Source of the DNA: Mustelus asterias
Taxonomy: Eukaryota
NCBI RefSeq assembly: GCF_964213995.1
Contig: NW_027592019.1
Span: forward strand, 1-64,000
Length of the DNA stretch: 64,000 nt
Direction: 5' to 3'
Shown here: in pieces, positions 13,996 to 26,889 of the stretch
Position numbering within the stretch: position 1 is the first letter of the stretch
Layout: the number at the start of each line of letters is the position of its first letter
The notes under the pieces: model-generated
Seen by the model: the letters and a program-made list of their open reading frames with translations, nothing else
Databases searched by the model: none
What the model was told of the DNA's origin: nothing
Position numbers and translations under genes: made by a program

Positions 13996-16900
13996 AAATA
14001 ATTGCAATTGCGTTTAAGCATGTTATGGTAATTTATTAAGTATTTACTTGCACATTCTATGCCTCAGTCAATATCTAAAGTTAATGAACTGCCCTGGACG
14101 CTTTTTAATGTGATGCACAGCTGGCCATTCCGCTGCTAAGGCAATGCATCTTTCAAATGACTCACTGAACTTCTCTCCTATCCTTCTCTGTCTCAGATTG
14201 TACCTAAATCAGATAATTCCTCTTCACTCTGTCAGTCTCCATTAATTCACTTACACAGGTACCTAGGAGCCGCACCTGGCTACTAGTTGAAAAAAAATGT
14301 TCATTTCTTTTGCTTAAGGCACCTTGTGACTGAAAGGATAAAGCATAACAAACTCATCAGAGGAAAATTCAGTGCCGGAAACAGACCAGTTCACTCACTT
14401 AATCTCTCTCCTCGATTTCCCTCACACAACACCTAAAACACTTAAAGTTTCTATTTTAGAGCACCTCTGGGGGAAACAATGTTGCTTTAATTTTCCCTCT
14501 TTTCACTCAGTGATAATCTTCGGTCCATCTTCACTTCAATTAATCTATTTAAACCCCAAATATGATCATTTTCTTGATTCACTAAAATGGGAATGGAGGT
14601 AAATGCAATGTTCAGACCGGCAGCAATCTGTGTGGTTGTTCTTGATGCTTTCTGAGTGAGTTCACCCTCACAGACAGGAAGACTGTTCACGGTGATAACA
14701 TCAAACTGGCCCTGGTTGTTTCATTCTCAGGTAACACAACTTCCTGTTTCTTGCTGCCGGTTCCAAACCGCACATCTCACTTCTGAGCAGAAAATAAATC
14801 CAGGGACCACAATCTAGTGAGAACATCTGTCAGTGCGGCCTATATCTGTCCATAGAATCAGGCAGAGTCAGACAGATCACATTGTGGGGAAATGTACAAA
14901 TGAGTCTGTTGTGATCTGTTCAGAGTTTCCATTCGGGGACATAACTGGATGGTCAATGGATCAGTCACTGAGCTCTCCCGGGTTCCGTGAAGGAAGGAAA
15001 TGATAGTTGTTATCTTTCATTGTTTGATCATTTTCTCTCCATCTGCTATTTATTTTTTGTTCCTCAGCTTTTATCTGTCAGCACCCCGTTTTCCTTTCTC
15101 CTAATTCTCCCGGCGTCTCTCTCTCTATCTCCTTGCCAGTCTTTTGAACACTTTCATTAATGTTCATAATCATGAAGTTGTGAGTGGGTTAATTAAAGAG
15201 AGAATCTTTCAACTGGGAGGACGGTCAGCAACCAATGGGCACAAATTTATTTTATTGAGCAGGGAGACAGAAATATAATTGTTTACTTTTACACAAGAGT
15301 TGTTATGAACTGGAATGAACAGCTTGAAAGGGTGATCGAATCAGATTTCACAGTAACTTTGGAAAATAAATTAGATATATCCTTCATGGGGTTAAAATTT
15401 GAAGGATTTTCGAGAATGGGACCATTTTAATGGTTCATTTTAATCATTGTCCAAGTATGCTTTTTGTGTCTCTCCCTGTCCTTCATTGAGACTGAATAAA
15501 ATGCAATGTTTTTACAGCTGTCATCTTGTGCTAATCTTATCTTTTGACAGCACTTGTGTGTGTGTGTGTGTGTGAATAATTGCCTGGAACCATTCCGAAA
15601 TGCAATTCTATCTACAAGCCATCACTTTGAACAAATTAGCATTGGATCGAACTTGTTTATGAAAAACACATTTGCCATTACCATTTATTGCACTGTTCTT
15701 TTTCCTCCGATGAGGTTTTCATATTTCGTATTTTCAGTCATCACATGTCCTAATTCTGTCCATAAATGTGGAACAGTTTGTAAGAATGAGAAGGAACAGA
15801 TTATTTTCTGTTCCTCTGACAGATTCACCATTGTTACCTCAGATAACAGAAATTCATGGAGTCCGCCATGATTATCCCCTCTTGGGAATACCAGCTCTTA
15901 GTCAGATGGAGTCAGTCACTCCCGAGGTTGTCATTGTGTTTCCAATCCATGCTTACCACACAAATCCCTGCATCACTCGTCATCAAAAAGAAACCTGCGC
16001 TTAGGCCCTAGAAATGATTGCTTCCTTATATCAGGTCCCAACCTGACTCCGGGCCCAGCTGTCTCTGTTAGTGATACACTAACCGGCCATTCAAATTATA
16101 ATGTTCTAATTCTCTATCGTTATTTTTTTGAAACCGTTACCCAATCAGTTGTGAATTAGAACCTGAATCTGGTTTTGTTTTATTTGATGCCTACCGGTTA
16201 TTATTGGACAATTTACTTTTTCCAAAATGATCACACGCACAAAAAATGTTTATTTAAATCTTATATCATGTCCTGTCTCTCTTATTCTATATACCGCATA
16301 CATTGGTTCACATGACTCTCCCAGCCAGTTTATGTTATCATTGCACTAGCATATCTGTCTACATTAGATTAGATTATGTGTCTGTTGTTAGTGTATAATT
16401 TTTAATCATTGATGGGATGTGGGCATCACTGGTATCTGTTGCCCTTCTCTAATTGCCCTTGACAAAGTGGTGATGATCTTCCACCTTGAACCGCTGCGGT
16501 CCATGTTCACCAGATCGTATTTCTGTTTATATCACACAAGGTCTGGTCACTCTCATGATACACCTGAACATAATTCACCTTATTACCTAGATTGTACAAC
16601 CTACAGACAGTCGAAAATATTTAGGATGGTTACCATCGAACTGGTGAAGTTATCGGTTGAACAGAAATATTGAAACTTCTCTGGACAGCAGCAGATGTTT
16701 TAGTCCTTTGCATCGATAGGAATAAGAAGTCTGAGAATTACAGGTGTAATCATTTCCTGTCGGCTATATGTCCAGGGTCATTTTCACCATCATTTTCACA
16801 AATCAGCGCACAATTGAGTCTTATATCAGGAATTTCAGTGAGATGCTAAGAAGACCAATTTCCAGTAATCTCGTCATTCGAGATGTGATTTATCCATTTT

Positions 16901-17897
16901 CCAACAGATCTCTAAAGGCAGAAAAGTCAATGCTGGGAACAAAATAGTCAGACTGAAGTCATTTTGTATACGAGAACACACAACAGAATGGTTGTCAATA
17001 AATAGTTACATATTAAATGTTCTTCAGTTGAAATACAAGAACTGTTTGGTGTTCTCATACACTATGGAAGGCAGAGATGGAGTGAAGGTTATCACTGGGA
17101 AATCTGAAGGGAAATTGCTAAAAGGAATCATTTCTCCAAAGGCGGTTATTAAAAAATACAATATTTAAAATAAATAAGCACTCAAATGTCTAAGCAAGGA
17201 CCTAAGATGATATTCCTTAGACATAGATCAACAGAATACCTACAGTTCAGAAAAAGGCCATCTGGCCCACCGATTCTGCATCTTACCCAGGCCCTTCCCT
17301 CTGCCCTATCCCCGTTCGCCCCGCACATTTACCATGGCTAATCCGCATACCCTACGAAAAATAACGGGCAATTTTGCATGGCCAATCCATCGAATACAAT
17401 CTGTTGTAATATAAACGAGGGACAGGTTTTGTGCAGTAATACAGAGACAGGGCTCGAGTGCACCAATTATTTATACAGCACCTGCACTAATATGAATACA
17501 GCAGGCGCCCAGTTCAGTCATTACTGAAAGCGGGTACAGCGTATTACTAACCAGCGTGGTGTTTTCTCATGTAAACAGAGACATGCAATCCGCAGTTTTA
17601 ACAAAGACAAGGTCTATTCTAATATAAGCAGAGACAATGTGCACTGTAATTTAAACTGAGACAGATTCTAGCGTAATGCAAACTCACATCGGCACTATCA
17701 GAATATAAGGACACGATCTCGTGTGGCCGAGTGGAATAAAAAGTGAGGCAATGCAGAGTAAAGCAATAATTGAGAAAGGATAACATGTAAAATGAACAGC
17801 GGTATTGTTTGGCACAGTAATATAGGAGAGAGCATCTAGTGCAATAAAACTGTCACCGGGCCTAGTGCAATTTTGACGAATTCTGGGCATTGTATAA

Positions 17898-19036
17898 CAT
17901 AGGGCACACGGAGTTGGGGGTAGTGTGTTAAAGTGGATTGGGGACTGGCTATCCGACAGGAAGCAAAGAGTCGGAATAAATGGGTGTTTTTCCGGTTGGA
18001 GGAAGGTAACTAGTGGCGTGCCGCAGGGATCGGTACTCGGGCCGCAGCTGTTTACCATTTATATAGATGATCTGGAGGAGGGGACGGAGTGTAGGGTAAC
18101 GAAGTTTGCAGACGACACAAAGATAAGTGGAAAAGTGAATCGTGTGGAGGACGGAGAAGATCTGCAGAGAGATTTGGACAGGCTGAGTGAGTGGGCGAGG
18201 ATATGGCAAATGGAGTATAACGTTGAGAAATGCGAGGTTATACACTTTGGAGGAAATAATAACAAATGGGATTACTATCTCAATGGAAACAAATTAAAAC
18301 ATGCTACCGTGCAAAGGGACCTGGGGGTCCTTGTGCATGAGACGCAAAAGCCCAGTCTGCAGGTACAACAGGTGATCAAGAAGGCAAATGGGATGTTGGC
18401 CTATATTGCGAGGGGGATAGAATATAAAAGCAGGGATGTCTTGATGCACCTGTACAGGGCATTGGTGAGGCCGCAGCTGGAATACTGTGTGCAGTATTGG
18501 TCCCCTTATATGAGGAAGGATATATTGGCATTGGAGGGAGTGCAGAGAAGGTTCACCAGGTTGATACCGGAGATGAGGGGTTTGGATTATGAGGAGAGGC
18601 TGAGGAGATTGGGTTTGTACTCGTTGGAGTTTAGAAGGATGAGGGGGGATCTTATGGAGACTTATAAGATAATGCGGGGGCTGGATAGGGTGGAGGCGGA
18701 GAGATTCTTTCCACTTAGTAAGGAAGTTAAAACTAGAGGACACAGCCTGAAAATAAAGGGGGGTCGGTTTAAGACAGAGTTGAGGAGGAACTTCTTCTCC
18801 CAGAGGGTGGTGAATCTCTGGAATTCTCTGCCCACTGAGGTGGTGGAGGCTACCTCGCTGAATATGTTTAAAGCGCGGATGGATGGATTCCTGATCGGTA
18901 AGGGAATTAAGGGTTATGGGGATCAGGCGGGTAAGTGGTACTGATCCACGTCAGATCAGCCATGATCTTATTGAATGGCGGGGCAGGCTCGAGGGGCTAG
19001 ATGGCCTACTCCTGCTCCTATTTCTTATGTTCTTAT
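17898..19036 (+). mobile_element. Young 5'-truncated CR1 LINE with uninterrupted RT/C-terminal ORF (17925-18944)
   Basis: 339-aa open frame contains GVPQGSVLGP, KFADDTK and LVRPQLEYCVQYW, followed by a 3' UTR and (ttcttatg)n tail. Possible short TSD tataa. Confidence 0.95.
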
Positions 19037-19499
19037 AAACTGAGACAAAGCCGATGCAGTAATATCAAACCAAGGCTTGATAAGCTTTGAGAGGGGCAAT
19101 TGCAGCAATAAACGAATCATGAAATAGAACAATGATGAGAGACAGGATATTATTCGGTATAAACAGGGCGGTGTACTGGTGCAGCGGTGATTGAGGTGTT
19201 GTCGATGTTTCTTTATAGGTGGCAGATTCCAGCAATGTATTAACTGATACAGAGCCTCGTGTAATGCAAACAGTAACATGTTCTGGAGCAGTATCAGGAG
19301 AGAGAGGGACTAGTGAAGTAACAACAGAGATATGGAGTATCATGACATGAGCCGAGAATTAATTCTATGCTGCCATAACTGCCAGAATGTGCGCTGTAGT
19401 ATCAAATGAGGCTTGGCGAATATAGAAACAACTGGGATTTTGCTGAGTACAGAATCAACTGAGAATCATTGTCATATAATCAGAAATATGATTTTGTGT

Positions 19500-21100
19500 C
19501 ATATCAATGCGAAGTGATGCATTTTAGTAGAACTCACGTAGGGGGGAGCTATGCGATAAATGGCAGAACCATAAAGGGTGTAGATACGCAGAGGGACCTA
19601 GCTGTGCAAGTCCACAGATCCTTGAAGGTGACGGCACAGGTGGAGAAGGTAGTGAAGAAGGCATATGGCATGCTTGCCTTTATAAGACGGGGCATAGAGT
19701 ATAAAAGTTGGGGTCTGATGATGCGGTTGTACAGAACGTTGGTTCGGCCGCATTTGGAATACTGCACCCAGTTCTGGTCGCCACACTACCAGAAGGACGT
19801 GGAGGCTTTGGAGAGAGTGCAGAGGAGGTTTACCAGGATGCTGCCTGGTATGGAGGGGCTTAGTTATGAGGAGAGATTTGGTAAACTGGGGTTGTTCTAC
19901 AAACAAAGAACAAAGAACAGTACAGCACAGGAAACAGGCCCTTCGGCCCTCCAAGCCTGTGCCGCTCCTTGGTCCAACTAGACCAATCGTTTGTATCCCT
20001 CCATTCCCAGCCTGCTCATGTGACTATCCAGGTAAGTCTTAAACGATGTCAGCGTGCCTGCCTCCACCACCCTACTTGGCAGCGCATTCCAGGCCCCCAC
20101 CACCCTCTGTGTAAAAAACGTCCCTCTGATATCTGAGTTATACTTCGCCCCTCTCAGCTTGAGCCCGTGACCCCTCGTGATCGTCACCTCCGACCTGGGA
20201 AAAAGCTTCCCACTGTTCACCCTATCTATACCCTTCATAATCTTGTATACCTCTATTAGATCTCCCTTCATTCTCCGTCTTTCCAAGGAGAACAACCCCA
20301 GTCTACCCAATCTCTCCTCATAGCTAAGACCCTCCATACCAGGCAACATCCTGGTAAACCTTCTCTGCACTCTCTCCAATGCCTCTACATCCTTCTGGTA
20401 GTGCGGCGACCAGAACTGGACGCAGTACTCCAAATGCGGCCTAACCAGCGTTCTATACAGCTGCATCATCAGACTCCAGCTTTTATACTCTATACCCCGT
20501 CCTATAAAGGCAAGCATACCATATGCCTTCTTCACCACCTTCTCCACCTGTGTTGCCACCTTCAAGGATTCGTGGACTTGCACACCTAGGTCCCTCTGTG
20601 TTTCTATACTCCTGATGACTCTGCCGTTTATTGCATAACTCCTCCCTACATTATTTCTTCCAAAATGCATCACTTCGCATTTATCCGGATTAAATTCCAT
20701 CTGCCACCTCTCACTGGAAAGACGGAGGATGAGGGGTGACCTAATAGAGGTGTATAAAATTATGAAAGGCATAGATAGGGTGAATGGTAGGAAGCTTTTT
20801 CCCAGGTCTGTGGTGACGTTCACGAGGGGTCATAGGTTCAAGGTGGGGGGAGGGGGTGTTTAACACGGACATCAGGAGGACGTATTTTACACAGAGGGTG
20901 GTGGGGGCCTGGAATGCGCTGCCGGGCAAGGTGGCGGAGGCGGACACACTGGGAACGTTTTAGACTTATCTAGATAGCCACATGAACGGAGTGGGAATGG
21001 AGGGATACAAAAGAATGGTCTAGTTTGGACCAGGGAGCGGCGTGGGCTTGGAGGGCCGAAGGGCCTGTTCCTGTGCTGTATTGTTCTTTGTTCTTTGTTT
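19500..21100 (+). mobile_element. 5'-truncated CR1 LINE (outer element), split at ~19898/20710 by a nested copy
   Basis: The coding frame ...ggggttgttct | ...ctcactggaaagacggagg resumes after the insert, and the element ends in a (ttctttg)n tail at ~21085-21098. Confidence 0.9.
19899..20709 (-). mobile_element. Young 5'-truncated CR1 LINE nested antisense inside the previous element
   Basis: (caaagaa)n tail at ~19900-19920; uninterrupted frame WQMEFNPDKCEVMHFG...GMEGYKRLV*. Confidence 0.93.
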
Positions 21101-21639
21101 ATAAACTGGGTTTAATTTAGGATGGAAAAAAACTGAGTTTATTGCAGCAATAACTGAGGCGATCTCTGCTTCCCGTTGTGCCAAAACTCACGGTTTCACT
21201 GCGATCTGCTGGACCACCTTTGCCGTTTCTTATTCTTTCATGTGTTGTATACCCAGCTGGCAAGGTCAGCATATGCTGGCAATCGCTAATACTCTGCATT
21301 TATTGGTTTGCTAGACCGTCACAGAAGATAGGTAAGCGCCAAATACGTGTGGGCCTGGAGTCACCTGTCGTCCAACCTGGGAAATCATGGATGGTTTCCT
21401 TTTCTGCAGGACATTAGAGAATCTGATATATTTCTTTTCATGGCCACAATTACGGAAACTAGCTTTAAATTCAAAATTGTAATTGCATTTTCAAACCCCA
21501 CTTTCTGCTGTAATTGGATTTGAATATATACCTTGAGAAAATTGCCTCCCCTCAGAATTACTCTCCCAGTGACGTTACCGCAATGTCACTGTACCCGCCC
21601 CCCCCCCCCCCCCCCCCCTTCCATATTGATGGAGTACTT

Positions 21640-23225
21640 ACAGCAGAGAAGAAGGCCATTTTGAAGCGTCATGTATGTATTGGTCCTCTAAACGAGCAAT
21701 TCATCCAATGGCACTCTCTACCCCACAGTCTCGAATTTTGTTCATTTTCAGACAATAATCCAATCTTGAATGATCTTGAAACCATTAATTGGCGCTGCCT
21801 GCACCACATTCTCAAGCAGCACATTCCAGATCTGAATCACTCACTGTCCGAAAATGTTTTTCTTTATGTCTCCATGCTTCTTTCGCCAATTAACTTCAAC
21901 CCGCGCCCTCTGATACAAGATCCTTCTAACATTGAACAGATCCTCTCTGTCTACTCTGTCAAAACCCCTCAGGATTTTGAAGGCCTCAATAGAATCACAC
22001 CAGCAACTTCCTGTCAAGGAAATCAGTCCAAACGTCACCAATATATTTTCGTAACTGAAGTTTCTGATCTCTGGAACTTATCTCGTATTTTTCCCCTGCA
22101 TCTAGCTTTACATTTCTCTTTACGTTTGTTGCCCAGAATTGGACGCATTTTTTCAGTTGACTATTTTCCAGTGCTTTCTACAAACTTAGCACAACTTCCT
22201 TGCTTTGGTATTCTTTTCCCCAAAGGACAAAGACTGTTAACTATTTTATTTTCCGGTGTCTCAACCTGTCTTCCACCAAGAATGATTTATACACATATTC
22301 ACGCAGGTCCCTCGGCGTTTTACCGCCAATTTCGTAGCGTTTTCATCATTTCCCCTTGTCTCTTCACATTCTGCTTAACAAAACTAATCATGAAATTTAC
22401 GTGCAATAAATTAAATCTCCCAATTGCACGACAATTCTACCAATTAGTTTTTTTTTCGTTCTGAAGTTCTGCTCGGTCTTCTGATGGTTGGCAATGTTTC
22501 CATGTTTTGCATTATACACAGATTTTGAAAGTCTGACCTCCATACCAAGCTCTCGGCCATTACTATGCCAGGAAGATCAACGGTCATATAACCTACTCCT
22601 GGCACCTTCACTACAAGCTTTGTTCCAGTCCGAAAAACAGCTACGAGTTGTTTCCTGGCACTCAGCCAATTTCCCATCCCTGTTGTTCCTGTTCATTTTA
22701 TTCTCTGAGCTCCATATTTATTCACAAAGCTGTGGTGCAGCACCGTATCACATGACCTTTGGACGCCCATTAAGAGAAATACTCTCAAAAACCATCTCTG
22801 TTACTCAGCATAAAACTCAAGCACGTTAATTCAGCACGATTTGACCTGAACAAATGCATTCTGGCTGAATTTGTCAAAAACAATTAAGTGGGATGAGTTC
22901 TGCACTGATGAAGGGAATGAAGACATGGATGCTAAATCTGCTGACGACACACATATAGATCGTAAAATTGGGCTTTGGCGAGGGCATTGGGCATATCTCT
23001 AATATTGTGTTCTTATCTTGAGAAAGATGTTAATACGGTGGAAAAGGTTCGGAGGAGTTTTACTAAACTATTACCAGCTGTGAGCGGGTTATCTTATGAT
23101 AAAAGTATGGTGATCGTAGGTCTGTGTCCGCGAGAGTTTCGAAGAGTAACCGGCAACTTGACTGAAACATTCAAAACCCTACGGGTATTAACAATGTGGA
23201 TGTGGAGCGAATGTTTCCTCTTGTC
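21640..23225. mobile_element. Highly degenerate CR1 fragments (- strand ~21640-22860, + strand ~22880-23225)
   Basis: Residual motifs IEAFKILRGFDRVDRE (-) and YLEKDVNTVEKVRRSFTKLLP (+). Confidence 0.7.
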
Positions 23226-23634
23226 CAGTGTTGTAAGTATACTGGATATATCTCGGGGTGTATATATCTGGGCTCTTGGTTCTGCGTCTGTTTCCAATGC
23301 TGTTGCATTGGCCACTGGAGGGCGCTCTCTGGTCACTTATAAAACTTTAACCTGGTGTTGTTAAACTTCTTACTGCACTTATAAAACATCATGGTACCGT
23401 TCTGCAGAAAGTGACTATTTGCCGATATGAAAATGGGCGAAGAAAATAAATCTCATCCAATCACATTACATCCTCCTGGTTCTTTTGATTCAGCATTTCT
23501 GATTTTACAGGAGGCTTTTGAGGCCGAGGTCAGAGCAAAAATAATATGACGGTAACATCGAGATTCGGATAATGTTCAGCAGCAAACTGAAATCATGCAG
23601 ACTTCCCTCACCTTACATGAGAAAGCTTAATGAA

Positions 23635-23707
23635 TGCTTACGCCCGCTTTCGGCCCAGGGACCTTTCGCGTGTTCGGCGAACGTGATAACCACTGCACTG
23701 CAGAAAC
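23635..23707 (-). pseudogene. tRNA-Val(AAC) pseudogene
   Basis: 73 nt gtttctgcagtgcagtggttatcacgttcgccgaacacgcgaaaggtccctgggccgaaagcgggcgtaagca aligns to vertebrate tRNA-Val. T-loop/B-box and U33 are mutated and there is no oligo-T terminator. Confidence 0.88.
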
Positions 23708-24203
23708 AAGTAATAGCATAGCGACGCCAATTGGCCTGACAACAATGTTCAACTCCACTGTGTTGCTGCAGGTTCTCATCGTTCGACTGAGTACCCATGT
23801 CACTTAAAAAAGAACACATCCATTACTCTCAACCCGATACCTCAACTTACCTTGTACTTCAAAAGTAAAAAGCGTTCGTCCGGAAAATGTCTGAGGTAGC
23901 AATGATTTCTGCTCAATCATTCATGCTTCATTTTTATCTTCCTTCGAATAACCTCAGGCAGGTATATCCAATATTTGCCATTATTCAACATTTAATATCA
24001 ATACATCTCTAAACCTATTATATTATGTTGTGGACAGAACGAGTTGCGAATATGTGTACAAACAATACAAAGATTTATTTCCTGCCATTATGTCCTAAAA
24101 TACAGCATTTTTGAATTTCCTAAAAACATTTGAGTTAATGTAACATCGAGATTCGCATAAGGTTGCGCAATTGACTTAAATCATGTAGACTTTGCACACC
24201 CTC

Positions 24204-24311
24204 AAGGGTCCACGATGTGGAGATGCCGGTGTTGGATTGGGTTAGGCATAGAAAGACGTCTCACAGCACCAGGTTAAAATCCAACTAGCTTATTTGGTAG
24301 CACAAGCTTTC
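24204..24311 (-). mobile_element. Fragment of Penelope-type terminal repeat (same family as 43830-44030)
   Basis: atgccggtgttggattgg...tctcacagcaccaggttaaaatccaac...tttggtagcacaagctttc; absent from the paralogous unit at ~26580. Confidence 0.7.
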
Positions 24312-24326
24312 AGAAAGATCCAACAG

Positions 24327-24399
24327 TGTTCCTGCCCAGTTTCGAACCGGGGACGTTTTGCACGTGAGGTGAACGTGATGACCACTACACCACAGAAAC
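24327..24399 (-). pseudogene. tRNA-Val(CAC), probable pseudogene (best-preserved copy)
   Basis: 73 nt gtttctgtggtgtagtggtcatcacgttcacctcacgtgcaaaacgtccccggttcgaaactgggcaggaaca. A and B boxes are intact but the anticodon stem is mismatched. Confidence 0.85.
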
Positions 24400-25553
24400 A
24401 GATGGCTGGCGACATGTTACAGCTAATCTGCCTGTCTGCAATGTTCAACTGCGCTATGTTGCTGTAGGTTCCAATGTTTAGACTGAGAGCCCACGTCACT
24501 TAATTCAAGAGGAAAACCGTTAATTTCGAACTGATTTCTCAACTTATCTTGATCTTCAAAATGTAAAAGCGGTCGTCTGTCAAATATCTAAGGGAGCAAT
24601 GATTTCTGCCCATTCATTAATGCATCATTCTCATCTTCCTTCGAATAATCTCAATCTATTGTACTCAGTATTTGTTTCGTTATTCAATATTTGATATCAA
24701 TAAGGTATTAGAAGGTAGAGATATGTTCCTAGAAGGTATGGATGCGTTCGGCAGAACTTGTGGGGCCGAAGGGCCTGTTTGTGCTGTAGTTTTTCTATGT
24801 TTCTTTCTAATAACACATAGTGAGGACATATTTAACACATATGTCCTCATTATGAATTGAATATCTCTGAAAATGAATATCACTGAATTGCAAACATAAC
24901 TGACCAACAAAAGGAATCGAGTCACCGGGTAATACAGATCCCATGGTGCTTATTTGACATCGACCATCGTCAGCATTTAAACAAAGTCAACTATTTTTAA
25001 ATGGAAGCGATTGAAGCGTTATCTGTTAGTTATACTTGAGCTTTTTTTTATTATGGGTGTGAAACAATCAGGCGCATAAATTCCGTCCATCTACCGGAAA
25101 GTCCAGTTGATCCACACTGAGCCTCGATTTTCTCCTCTGTTCGGGTTGTTTTTCCTATTGTTATAAAGAACGATTTTTAAAAAACATTCTCGTAGGAAAT
25201 GTGCGCAATTTCCTCTAGTTCAATTACAGTGTCACTTGTGTCTGTCTTTTTGAACACACACTGCAATTAGACAAGTTTCAGGGGGTGATTAACTATATTA
25301 ATCTGCATTTATAATCCCATTTAATTATGTTGTACACTAAACGAGATACCAATATGTGCACGTCGTCAAAATAGTATCTTTCTTTTTCAAGTCGGTGCGT
25401 CAAAAAATTCAGCATTTCTTATTTGACAGAAATCATTTGAGGTCGAGTTCAGTGCAGGGATGATTTGGCTGTAATGTCTTGGTTCGGATAATGTTTAGTA
25501 ACGAACTGAAATCATACAGATTTCCCCCATCTTTCATGAGAAAGTTTAATGAA

Positions 25554-25626
25554 CGTTTCTGCCCGATTCCGCACCGGGAAACTTTCACGTGTTAGACGAA
25601 AGCGATAACCACAATACAACAGAATC
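25554..25626 (-). pseudogene. tRNA-Val(AAC) pseudogene
   Basis: 73 nt paralog of 23635-23707 with shared flanks; B-box degraded (gtgcggaat). Confidence 0.8.
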
Positions 25627-26602
25627 AAGTAACCGCATAATACCGCCAATTGGCCTGACTACAATGTTCAACTCCACTGCGTCGCTGCAGGTTCTCATGG
25701 TTAGATTGAGAGTCCATGTCACTTAATACAAGAACACATCCGTTACTTTCAATTTGATATCTCAACTTATCTTGTACTTCATAATTAAAGACCGTTCGTC
25801 CGGCAAATGTCTAAGGGTGCAATGATTTCTGCTCAATCATTAATGCATCATTCTCATCTTCGGTAGAATAATTTCAAACAGTTGTATCCAGTATTTGTTG
25901 TTGTTCAACAGTTAATATGAATACAGATGTTCACTCTCAACTGAATATTTTTGAAATATACAACATTGAACTGCAAACATGACTGTGCAACAAAATAAAT
26001 CGAGTCACTGGGTAATGCACATCCCATGGTGCTTATATGATTTTGACCACAGTCATCTTTAAAACAAAATCAAATATTTTTCAAGGGAAGAGATTTATGA
26101 ATGATCTGTTTGTTATACTTGGTCTCTCTTTATTCTGTGTGTGAAACATTCTGGCGCGGAAATCTCGTTCATCAAGAGGAAGTCCAGCAGGTCCGCATTG
26201 ATTTTCGATTTCCTGATCTGTCTGAGTGGCTTTTCCTGTTTCTTTATCGTGTCGAACAATTCTGAAAAAATGCTTCTGGGAAATGTGCGCCATTTCCTCT
26301 AGTTCAGTTGCAGTTTCACTTGTGCCTGTCTTTATGAGCACGCAATTAGGTACATTTCAGATGGTGAAGAAATATATTTGTCTGCATCTATAAGCACATT
26401 AAATTCTGTTGTGGAATGAACTAGTTGCGAATATGTGTACAAACATTACAAACTTTTATTTAGTGTCATTGTGTCCTAAAATTCAGCGTTTCTGATTTTC
26501 CGAAAGCATTTGAGTTGATGTAACATCGAGATTCGTGTAATGTTGAGCAATTAACTTAAATCACACAGACTTCTCGCACCCTTAATGAGAAAGTTCCAAC
26601 AG

Positions 26603-26674
26603 CATTCCTGCCTGATTTTAAAACGGGAACTTTTCGTGTGTGAGGCTAACGTGATCATACTACACTGCAGACAT
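26603..26674 (-). pseudogene. tRNA-Val(CAC) pseudogene
   Basis: Paralog of 24327-24399 with shared flanks; agcctcacacacgaaa anticodon arm; degraded D and T loops. Confidence 0.75.
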
Positions 26675-26889
26675 AGCTGACAGCACACGGCAGCCAATCG
26701 GCCTGTCTGCAGTGTTCAACTGCGCTGTGTTACAATGGTGAGACTGAGAGCCCGTGTCACTGAATTCAAGAAGAAAACCGTTACTTTCAACCTGATTGCT
26801 CAACTTAACTTGAACTTCAAAATTGGAAAGCGTTCGTCTGGCAAATATCTAAGGAAGCAATGATTTCTGCTAAATCATTAATGCATCAT

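Noticed and set aside
21514-22464. 316-aa + strand ORF
   Set aside because: It is the antisense shadow of a degenerate CR1 plus a poly-C run.
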